Source of the DNA: a virus
Taxonomy: Duplodnaviria > Caudoviricetes
Virus record (IMG/VR): IMGVR_UViG_3300030330_005136
Span: 9,133 to 73,132 of that record
DNA length: 64,000 nucleotides
Direction: 5' to 3' (one strand)
Position 1 is the first letter of the stretch. Every line of letters starts with the position of its first letter. A program made the translations under genes and the position numbers. The notes beneath the pieces are model-generated. The model was not told where the DNA came from, made no database searches, and saw only the letters and a program-made list of their open reading frames with translations. Below are positions 48,425 through 57,074 of the stretch, one piece after another.

Positions 48425-51366
48425 TGGCAACTTTAGTAAAAACAGGAATAGGTGATGGACAAACTCTAACACCAGTAATCATAACTGAACTATATGATGC
48501 TTTTACTGGTGACAAGTTATTTGATAATATCATTATAAATAACAGTATGAAAGTTACTCATGATGGTAAGGTTGCCATAGGACCACCTGGTTCTGATAAA
48601 AATACCCCACATCAATTGAATGTCGAAGGAACACTTCAAGCAGATATAGGTAGATTTACAGAATTGATAGTAACGAGTCAATCATTCGTTACATCGTCTA
48701 ATTTGGTTATAAGTGGTTCTAATATATTTGGTACAGTAGCAACAGATTTACATATATTTACTGGATCTTTACAAGTAAGTGGAAGTGAAAATTTTGATAA
48801 TTATTTTCTGAATAATGTTGCCATAGGTAAACAAGAAAATACACATAATATATTCGAAGTTCAAGGTAGTACGACAATATCGAATGCTATCACTGCCAGT
48901 GATTTGACCATATCGAACAGTGGTTCATTTGCATATGTAAAAATTAGTGGTGATTTGGAAGTTGATGGTGACACAACGATTGGTGGTAATCTTACATTTG
49001 GTAATGCTCCTACTGATAATATTTCATTTGCTGCTGATATCGATTCTAATTTTATACCAGATGATAATGCTACATTTAATTTAGGAAGTTTTGCTCAACA
49101 ATGGAATAAATTATTTATAACAGATATACAGGCTAATGCTTTAGCTGTTACTAGTTCTGTTTTAACTATTGATAGCAGTGGTAATATTAGTTCTAGTATT
49201 TCGGCTACAGGTTCATTTGGTTCACTTGTTACACCTGGCATATTAACAGTCGGTGGTTCTACGACAATTGGTGGGACATTAGATGTAACTGGTGTAATTA
49301 GTTCAAGTGGTGATGTTAATTTTGCGGGAACTGCCTCGTTTGGTAAAATAAATATTACAGATACCATATCGATCAATACTGCGTCAATCGATAGTTTAAA
49401 TGTATCTACCTTACAGATAAATAATCTAACTGGTTCTGTTGATAAAGTATTAGTAACTGATGCCAACAACAATCTTAGGTTTGATTTTGCTGATAGAACA
49501 TCAATAGTTGGTAAAAATTTAACTGGCACTACTATTAGCGCTGGGACACCGATAGTCGTAAGTAGTTTTGTAGGAACTGATGTGTATGGTGTACAGCCAG
49601 CAAGAAATGACATAGAGGCTAGAAGTCCGGCAATAGGAATTGCACAGGAAGATATAGGGGTTGCTGGGACAGGTGATGTTATATTAAGTGGTTTAGTTAG
49701 AAGTTCTCAACTAGATACCTCTGCTTTTTCAGTTGGAGATGATTTATTTCTTGGTGTATCTCAATTACAAAACACAAAACCTACTGGTGCTGGCGTAGAG
49801 ATCCAATTGATTGGGAGTGTTCTCAGATCATCTGCCACAGATGGTGAGATATTGTTATTATCTGGCGGTGGCGGTGGTTCATTAGAAGTATTAAACATAG
49901 ATCATATATTCGTAGGTTCAGGTTCAGTAACAGAAAATCTACATTTATCTGGTGCATTAAATAGAGCTACTTTAGACAACGTTACGGCAACTGGTACAGG
50001 CTCTTTCGGACATCTAGTCATTAGTGGTAATGTTACAGCTAGTGGGGTGATAAGAGCTGATGCTTTCGAGTCTGTAACCGAAGGAAGTGCTATTGATTTT
50101 CAAGATTCACTAGCCGTATCTGGTAGTATTACGGCACAAGGAAATGTAAGTTCATCACTATCATCAACGGCTTCGTTTGGTTTATTGAATTTAAGTGGTA
50201 TTGAAATAAATCCTGATGGAGTTCAAAGAGATCAAGTATTAAAATTTAACGGAACAGATTTTGTTCCAGCAGCACCTGATGAAACTTTTGTTTTTACAAT
50301 TGCCGATTTCGATACTAATGATGGTACAACTCCACAATTAATAGGAACTGGTTCTTGGAAAGCCGCGGGTGCCCTTACATTTACGGCAACTTATAATAAT
50401 GGACCACCTGATGGACATAGTGGTGGTTCTGAAGGTGCTCCTAAGATAACCTCTATAATAGATGGTGTGACTAGTGGTTCAGATATGTTTCCGTTGAGTT
50501 CTAGTTTTTCAACCGGAACAAATAATAGAGCCATACTGTTCCCACCAAACAGTAGTGATGATATAAGATTTAGATTATTTGCTTCTGCTGGTAGCGATAC
50601 AGATAATGATTTTTCAGACCAACGGGTATTCTTTTTTAATCAATTTGTATTCGGTGATTCGAGTAAAAGTGGTAGTTTTAATCAAGCTGATATAAGAGCA
50701 TTGGCTTCTGCAAATACAATCACCACCAATGATACAACAAGAACTATTTCGGTATCAATCGGTGCCTCTAATTATTTGAACTTTGCTCATAGAACCGGTG
50801 ATACAAATGTTACACAAGTATTTTGTGGTAATGATCCGAATCGACTTACAGTTGCCATGGATATAACCGATGCTACAACTAGAATACCAAAAAGAGAAAC
50901 AGTCAGTTATATCAATACTGCTGGAAAGACAGAAAACTTTTTTGTGTATTCAAGTAAAGAGCAGAATATAGATGCACACTCTACAACTTTTGTGACAAGT
51001 ACATCATCTCAGATAAAAAATTATACTTATTTTGGAACAGGTTCTTCTTGGACTAACAATGAAGCAAGCATCGAAGCACTTACTAACAAAACTACGACCA
51101 TAGATGATGGATCAATTACAGGCAATACTTTAGCTATCGGAACATTTATCAGTAAATTTGTGATTGTAGCTATTCCAAATCGCTATGGAGATAATAATGT
51201 GGATTATCAGTTCAAAGATAATTCTACAAATCTTCCATTTGATTTTACTCAACAATCAGATGTAACAGTTACCAATGCTGTGGGATTTCAAGAAGACTAT
51301 AGTGTGTATAGATCAACTAATTTATTAACAATGACGAACGCTACAGTTCTGATAGATACGGTGTAA
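48424..51366 (+). CDS. Tail fibre / virion structural protein (980 aa)
   Basis: STGSFG shaft modules; AIGIAQEDIGVAGTGDVILSGLV (capsid-cement/fibre-like domain). Confidence 0.7.
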   Translation: MATLVKTGIGDGQTLTPVIITELYDAFTGDKLFDNIIINNSMKVTHDGKVAIGPPGSDKNTPHQLNVEGTLQADIGRFTELIVTSQSFVTSSNLVISGSNIFGTVATDLHIFTGSLQVSGSENFDNYFLNNVAIGKQENTHNIFEVQGSTTISNAITASDLTISNSGSFAYVKISGDLEVDGDTTIGGNLTFGNAPTDNISFAADIDSNFIPDDNATFNLGSFAQQWNKLFITDIQANALAVTSSVLTIDSSGNISSSISATGSFGSLVTPGILTVGGSTTIGGTLDVTGVISSSGDVNFAGTASFGKINITDTISINTASIDSLNVSTLQINNLTGSVDKVLVTDANNNLRFDFADRTSIVGKNLTGTTISAGTPIVVSSFVGTDVYGVQPARNDIEARSPAIGIAQEDIGVAGTGDVILSGLVRSSQLDTSAFSVGDDLFLGVSQLQNTKPTGAGVEIQLIGSVLRSSATDGEILLLSGGGGGSLEVLNIDHIFVGSGSVTENLHLSGALNRATLDNVTATGTGSFGHLVISGNVTASGVIRADAFESVTEGSAIDFQDSLAVSGSITAQGNVSSSLSSTASFGLLNLSGIEINPDGVQRDQVLKFNGTDFVPAAPDETFVFTIADFDTNDGTTPQLIGTGSWKAAGALTFTATYNNGPPDGHSGGSEGAPKITSIIDGVTSGSDMFPLSSSFSTGTNNRAILFPPNSSDDIRFRLFASAGSDTDNDFSDQRVFFFNQFVFGDSSKSGSFNQADIRALASANTITTNDTTRTISVSIGASNYLNFAHRTGDTNVTQVFCGNDPNRLTVAMDITDATTRIPKRETVSYINTAGKTENFFVYSSKEQNIDAHSTTFVTSTSSQIKNYTYFGTGSSWTNNEASIEALTNKTTTIDDGSITGNTLAIGTFISKFVIVAIPNRYGDNNVDYQFKDNSTNLPFDFTQQSDVTVTNAVGFQEDYSVYRSTNLLTMTNATVLIDTV

Positions 51367-51370
51367 GATC

Positions 51371-52840
51371 ATGGGTGTAAAAGTAACAGGACAATTTGAA
51401 CCAGCTGGTGAATTTTCAATAGTAGATGCTAAGGATGTATCAGGTAATATAACAAGTAGTAATATTCAATTATCTGGTAACATAAGTGGTTCAACTACTT
51501 CGACTGGTTCATTTGGTAGATTAGAAATTATCGGTAATTCTGTTCTAGGTGGAGATTTAGACTTAACTGGTAATATAACCATTGGAGATTCTGATACAGA
51601 CTCATTGACAATAACAGCAGATCTAACATCAAACCTCATACCCAATGCTGATTCAACATTTAATTTAGGGAGCCCGACTAAAAATTGGAAAGAAGGATAT
51701 ATTGAAGAATTATCCTCTACCAATATAACTGCGAGTGGAAACATAAGTGGTTCTGGCATATCAACGGGCTCCCTAGCCCATTTACACGTAACTAACAACA
51801 TTGGTGTGGGCACACTAAGTCCATTAGCAACTGTTCACATAAGTGCTTCCGATGGTATAATAATACCTGTGGGAACTACATCACAGAGAAGTGGAGATGC
51901 TGTTAGGGGTGAGATAAGATTTAATACTGAGATTCAAACCTATGAAGGATATGATGGTAATAATTGGGGTTCATTGGGTGGAATGACTGATGTTGATAAA
52001 GATACACTTATAACTGCTGAAAATTCTGCTGGTGAGGATAATGATGAACTCAAATTCTTTACCGCTGGTGTTGAAAGATTAAGAATATTTGCTGATGGTC
52101 ATATCAGTGCAAGTGGAAATATCACTGCAAGTGGGAATATCATTGGAACAAATTTAGTAGCTGATAGTTCTTCATTTAGTGCTAGAGTAACTGCTGTCAC
52201 ATCAAGTATATCAGAATTAAAAACAGATAGTGGTAGTTTTTCATTAAGAAATACAAACCTTGAAACGACAGCAAGTGCCATAATAAATAATTTTGATCAA
52301 GTTCAAAGTTTGGGTAAAACTGATAGTGTTGATTTCAACAATATCACAACAACTGGTAATGTGAGTGGTTCAATGACTTCAACGGGTTCATTTGGTAGAA
52401 CTATTGCCCAAAGTGGTCGATATTCTGATTTACAAGTTACTGATGATTTGACAGTAACAGATGATGCTGGTATTGGTGGTGTACTTACAGCAACTGGTGG
52501 AACTAAATTAGGTAATGCTTTATCCGATATCCATGAAGTTACAGGATCTTTGACTGTGACAAGTAATAATTTAACCGTTGAGAGTAATGGTTCGATAAGT
52601 AGCTCTTTGACATCCACTGGTTCATTTGGAATGATAAAAAAAGATGGATTAGATATACGAGAGCATTTTAGTAGAAATTTAGCGGAAGCATTTGAATTAG
52701 ATTCAAATGGAGATTTTCAACCATCACCTATGAATAAATACATAGTTGATACCAGATGGGACTTAGATGATAATGGAGATTTACAAATGCGGGAAAGAGA
52801 ACTATGGACTTTATTTCCTGATGATTATTTCTCAGATTAG
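51371..52840 (+). CDS. Tail fibre-like protein (489 aa)
   Basis: IPVGTTSQR...GEIRFNT...YEGYDGNNWGSLGG, DNDELKFFTAGVERLRI; STGSFG repeats. Confidence 0.75.
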   Translation: MGVKVTGQFEPAGEFSIVDAKDVSGNITSSNIQLSGNISGSTTSTGSFGRLEIIGNSVLGGDLDLTGNITIGDSDTDSLTITADLTSNLIPNADSTFNLGSPTKNWKEGYIEELSSTNITASGNISGSGISTGSLAHLHVTNNIGVGTLSPLATVHISASDGIIIPVGTTSQRSGDAVRGEIRFNTEIQTYEGYDGNNWGSLGGMTDVDKDTLITAENSAGEDNDELKFFTAGVERLRIFADGHISASGNITASGNIIGTNLVADSSSFSARVTAVTSSISELKTDSGSFSLRNTNLETTASAIINNFDQVQSLGKTDSVDFNNITTTGNVSGSMTSTGSFGRTIAQSGRYSDLQVTDDLTVTDDAGIGGVLTATGGTKLGNALSDIHEVTGSLTVTSNNLTVESNGSISSSLTSTGSFGMIKKDGLDIREHFSRNLAEAFELDSNGDFQPSPMNKYIVDTRWDLDDNGDLQMRERELWTLFPDDYFSD

Positions 52841-52843
52841 TCG

Positions 52844-52851
52844 ATATTTAT
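52844..52851 (+). promoter_or_regulatory. Candidate late promoter core ATATTTAT
   Basis: Intergenic gap ahead of 52886. Confidence 0.4.
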
Positions 52852-52885
52852 CTATATACCATCAATGTAACTAGAATGAGAAATT

Positions 52886-53689
52886 ATGTCAACTAGAAAT
52901 TTTGTACCAAGAAGTGGTTCTGAGGGGCAGATCGGAACATCAGCAAAACCATGGGGGGTGGTTGTTGCGGATATAGGTCACTTTGCTACCGTAAGTGGAA
53001 GTATAAGTGGCTCTGTAGTTTCAACAGGTTCTTTTGGTAGGTTAGAAATAGCTGGAGATTCGAGCCTTACCGGTGATGTCTCGATAGGTGGAAACATCAA
53101 CATAGGAGATGCCGATACAGATTCTCTTACAATTGCTGCAGACCTTACATCTAATCTGATTCCAAATGTAGATTCGACATTTAATATAGGATCAACTGCA
53201 AAGAATTGGAAGATAGGTCATATAGAACAAGTATCATCCACAAATCTTACTGCTTCTGCTGATATCAGTTCGAGTGGAAATATTTTTGGAACAAATTTAT
53301 TAGCAGATAGTGCTTCATTTAGCACAAGAATAACTACCGATAGTTCTTCTATTAGTACAAGATTGACGACTGAAGAAGCAAATGTCGATGCTCTACAAGT
53401 AGACAGTGCAAGTTTTTCAACAAGAATAACTAATCTAAAAACAGATTCAGGTAGTTTTTCTACGAGGGTAACAAATCTAAAATCAGATTCAGGAAGTTTT
53501 TCTGATAGAGTTACATTATCAGAAGCATCAGGTAGTGCGATCTTAGAGGGTGATTTTGTTTTTACAAATATCACAGCTAGTGGAAATATCAGTGCTAGTG
53601 GAGATATACAATCAGATGGAAGAATTTTTGAACAAGGGACTAGCGTCATAGACCACGCCACGGCTATGTCAATAGTATTCGGAGGATAA
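52886..53689 (+). CDS. Short fibre-like protein (267 aa), paralog of 51371 and 54016
   Basis: Shares GD.DTDSLTI.ADLTSNLIPN.DSTFN.GS..KNWK with 51371; DSASFSTR coil repeats; ends AMSIVFGG. Confidence 0.75.
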   Translation: MSTRNFVPRSGSEGQIGTSAKPWGVVVADIGHFATVSGSISGSVVSTGSFGRLEIAGDSSLTGDVSIGGNINIGDADTDSLTIAADLTSNLIPNVDSTFNIGSTAKNWKIGHIEQVSSTNLTASADISSSGNIFGTNLLADSASFSTRITTDSSSISTRLTTEEANVDALQVDSASFSTRITNLKTDSGSFSTRVTNLKSDSGSFSDRVTLSEASGSAILEGDFVFTNITASGNISASGDIQSDGRIFEQGTSVIDHATAMSIVFGG

Positions 53690-53690
53690 T

Positions 53691-54014
53691 ATGGCAAACA
53701 CATTTAAAAATGCCGCGGTGGCTATTGGAAACACAAACACTACGGTCTATACATGTCCTGCATCAACAAGTGCTGTGGTTCATGCGGTTTACATCAGTAA
53801 TGTAGATGGTACTAATGACGCTACAGTGGATGTACTTGTTACAGACAACAGTCAAGGCACTAATTTTCACATCATGAAAACAGTCGATGTACCAGCAGAC
53901 TCTAGTTTGGTGATAGAAAAACCAATAAACTTAGAAGCAAATGATATATTGATATGCAAAGCTTCAGCTGCTGGTGATCTAGAGGCATTTGCCAGTGTTT
54001 TAGAGATTACCTAA
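53691..54014 (+). CDS. Small conserved virion protein (107 aa)
   Basis: MANTFKNA...TVYTCPASTSAVVHAVYISNVDG...PINLEANDILI; a common partner of fibre genes ending in AM-x-I-x-(F/L)G. Confidence 0.75.
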   Translation: MANTFKNAAVAIGNTNTTVYTCPASTSAVVHAVYISNVDGTNDATVDVLVTDNSQGTNFHIMKTVDVPADSSLVIEKPINLEANDILICKASAAGDLEAFASVLEIT

Positions 54015-54015
54015 T

Positions 54016-56991
54016 ATGGCTGACTTAAAATATATCGGTAAGAATATTTTAACCCATGATCTCATTCTCAAAAAAGGGAATGTCAGTGGTTCTGCATCCT
54101 CTACGGGTTCTTTTGGTAATTTAAAAATCTCAGATAATGCATCTATCACTGGTGATATGGTGGTTGGTGGTAGACTAACTGCTCAAGAAATACATACAGA
54201 GATAGAAAGTGCTTCAATTATATTCACAAGTGGAAGTACAAAGTTTGGTGACACATCAGATGATACCCATGAATTTACAGGTTCTATACTTGTAAAGGGT
54301 AATCTTACTGCTGAGAACCTAACTGCTGATTCAAGTAGTTTTTCAACAAGAGTAACAAATCTAGTTTCTGATTCTGCTTCATTCTCAACTAGAATAACAA
54401 CTGCTGAGACAGAATTAGAAGAAACTATAATAAGTGCTTCTGCTCAGTTAGCAGAAGAGATTAGTGGTTCGTTTACGGCACCGAGTGCTTCATTATCTAC
54501 GAGAATAACAAATCTTAAATCAGATAGTGGATCATTTTCAACAAGAATAACTACTGATAGTTCAAGTTTTTCTACAAGAACAACCACATTAGAAGCAGCC
54601 AGTGCTTCATTTTCAACTAGAGTAACAGATTTAAAAACCGATAGTGCATCCTTTTCTTCTAGAATAACAACTGCTGAGACAGAATTAGAACTTACTCTAA
54701 TCAGTGGTTCTGCTCAAATTGCTACACAAATCAGTGGTGCTTTTGATACAGTATCAAGTAGTTTATCCGATAGATTACAAACTGCTGAAACAGAATTAGA
54801 AAATACACTAATCAGTGGATCAGCACAACTTGCTGCTGAAATCAGTGGTGCGTTTACACAAGGTTTTGAGTTCAATGGGACAATAAGTGGTTCAGCAACC
54901 TCAACCGGTTCATTTGGTAGGGTTGAAGTTGAACACATACATTCAACAGATGATATATCAGCGGCTGATGATATTACTGCAGGTGGTAGACTTGTTGCTG
55001 AGACAGATGCAAAAATTGCTAATATTATTACATTAGATGTTAATGGTATCTCGGTGGGTGGTGACACAAGATATATAAGAGTAGGTAGTGATTCTGATTT
55101 TGAAATAAACCATAGGCATCCTCTACATACATCTCCGTTTCGTGCTAGTACAAATACCAACATATTAACAGATAAAACTAATCATGGATTATTATTATTT
55201 GGTGGTAATCCTGGTATAATAATGGAAAGTCCAGTATCTGGTAGTGAAGGATTTTTTCTAAGTGGTAGTAGAGCTAATATAGAACTTAGGGGTGGAAACA
55301 TAAGTGGTTCATCAACCTCAACTGGTTCGTTTGGATTGGTATTACAAAATGGTTCTGAGTTATCAACATTCTTAGGTGCTGCTGGAACAGAAACTCTTTT
55401 CAGTGGTTCGGTTGCTTCAACTGGTTCATTTGGTAGAGTAGAAGCTGCAGGAGTTATCTCAGCTGAACATATTATTTCAACTGATGATATGGTAGTTTCT
55501 GATAACCTCGATGCAGGTAGCATAGATGTTGGTCAAATAAGTATAACTACTGATGGTATTAATCTTGGTAATGATGTAAAATTTTTAAGAATGGGTAACG
55601 GTATTGATTTTGAAATAATTCACAATAATTCAAATGATTTTCCTGGTTCAAACAATGTTACAAGTATTAAGGATTTAACTGGTGAAGGTATAAATATAAA
55701 AACATCAACAAGTGGTAACGCAAGGGGATTGTTGATATCAGGTGCTCCGATGACTTCTAGTGTCGATACTTATATCTCTGCATCAAATCTTAAAGTAGAT
55801 GGAAATACAACTGCTACATCATTTACTGGTATATTTCAAGGTGCTCTATCAGGTTCAGCACAAATTGCTTCAAACATCAGTGGTGCTTTTGCTGTAGCCA
55901 GTGCGAGTTTTGCTGCTGATATACTGAGTAATAGTTCTTCATTTGCCACAAGAATAACTGCTGATAGTTCTTCATTTGCTGCTCGTGATACATTGAGTGA
56001 GGCTACATCAAGTAAAATTCTCAATGGTGAATTAGAGTTTACAAATATTACAGGCAGTGGACATATCAGTATGTCATTATCATCCACTGGTTCTTTTGGT
56101 AGAGTTTCATTAACAACTCTTGGTGGTCATAGTCCATTTGTAATTGATTCAATTGTAACTGCTAGTTCTGCTGTTCAATTAGATGGTAAGGTTTTTATTC
56201 AAACAGGTTCGATTGAAGGTGATCTTCATGTAAGAACTGCTGATAATCTAATGAGAATCGGTAAATCTACAAGTGGGGTGATCGTCAGTGGTTCTGAAAA
56301 CATATCAAGATTTGCTACCGGCTCAGATGGGAGTATTATTGATTTAGGTTTTACAGTCACAGATGAGGATGGAAATGTTGTCCTTGCTGGTGATGGTGAT
56401 GGTATACATGTAGATTCTAACAACTATTGGTATAACAACAAATTCTATAAAATTGGTGATGGTGTTGATAAATTTTTAGAGTTTGATAATGTAGACCTCA
56501 AATATAAAGGACAGGTATTTGCTTCAACTGGTTCTATCGATGGTGAACTATTTATCAAAAGTCCAACTGGCAGTATGTTCATTGGTAAGTTTACAGGTGG
56601 TCTACCAAGCAGTGGATCTGGTAATATATCAAGATTTGCTACTGGCTCAGATGGTAGTATCATTGATCTTGGTTTTACAACGACTGATGAAAGTGGTGAG
56701 ACTGTTTTTCTATCTACCGGTGATGGTCTCGTTGTTGATGCAAACAACTATTGGTACACAACTGGTCATTTTAAATTAGGTGATGGTCAAAAACAAATTG
56801 AATGGAATACAACTGATTTAAACATAAGCGCTTCCACTGTGGATGTAACGACTTTAAAAGCCAGTGATGTTAATTTTGCTGGATTACCAACAAGTGATCC
56901 ATTGATAACAGGTTCTCTATGGGTGTCGGGTAGTGCAACAAGTGGTAGTTTTAAATCTGGCTATGTGATGATATCAGGTATACATGGATAA
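54016..56991 (+). CDS. Tail fibre-like protein (991 aa) with coiled-coil repeats and a duplicated C-terminal domain
   Basis: DSASFSTRIT repeats, SAQ(I/L)A..ISG(A/S)F modules, 108-aa tandem duplication. Confidence 0.75.
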   Translation: MADLKYIGKNILTHDLILKKGNVSGSASSTGSFGNLKISDNASITGDMVVGGRLTAQEIHTEIESASIIFTSGSTKFGDTSDDTHEFTGSILVKGNLTAENLTADSSSFSTRVTNLVSDSASFSTRITTAETELEETIISASAQLAEEISGSFTAPSASLSTRITNLKSDSGSFSTRITTDSSSFSTRTTTLEAASASFSTRVTDLKTDSASFSSRITTAETELELTLISGSAQIATQISGAFDTVSSSLSDRLQTAETELENTLISGSAQLAAEISGAFTQGFEFNGTISGSATSTGSFGRVEVEHIHSTDDISAADDITAGGRLVAETDAKIANIITLDVNGISVGGDTRYIRVGSDSDFEINHRHPLHTSPFRASTNTNILTDKTNHGLLLFGGNPGIIMESPVSGSEGFFLSGSRANIELRGGNISGSSTSTGSFGLVLQNGSELSTFLGAAGTETLFSGSVASTGSFGRVEAAGVISAEHIISTDDMVVSDNLDAGSIDVGQISITTDGINLGNDVKFLRMGNGIDFEIIHNNSNDFPGSNNVTSIKDLTGEGINIKTSTSGNARGLLISGAPMTSSVDTYISASNLKVDGNTTATSFTGIFQGALSGSAQIASNISGAFAVASASFAADILSNSSSFATRITADSSSFAARDTLSEATSSKILNGELEFTNITGSGHISMSLSSTGSFGRVSLTTLGGHSPFVIDSIVTASSAVQLDGKVFIQTGSIEGDLHVRTADNLMRIGKSTSGVIVSGSENISRFATGSDGSIIDLGFTVTDEDGNVVLAGDGDGIHVDSNNYWYNNKFYKIGDGVDKFLEFDNVDLKYKGQVFASTGSIDGELFIKSPTGSMFIGKFTGGLPSSGSGNISRFATGSDGSIIDLGFTTTDESGETVFLSTGDGLVVDANNYWYTTGHFKLGDGQKQIEWNTTDLNISASTVDVTTLKASDVNFAGLPTSDPLITGSLWVSGSATSGSFKSGYVMISGIHG
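56203..56826 (+). repeat. Tandem 324-nt (108-aa) duplication
   Basis: TGSI.G.L...NISRFATGSDGSIIDLGFT.TDE.G...GDG..VD.NNYWY occurs twice; NISRF at 56299 and 56623. Confidence 0.9.
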
Positions 56992-57018
56992 TATGATGGA
57001 CAGAAACAAAAATAATCT

Positions 57019-57028
57019 TATATTTATA
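57019..57028 (+). promoter_or_regulatory. Candidate late promoter TATATTTATA
   Basis: Intergenic, ahead of 57075. Confidence 0.55.
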
Positions 57029-57074
57029 ACTGATAAGGTTTATTTGATCACCAGCAAAATAGGCACGAATTAGA

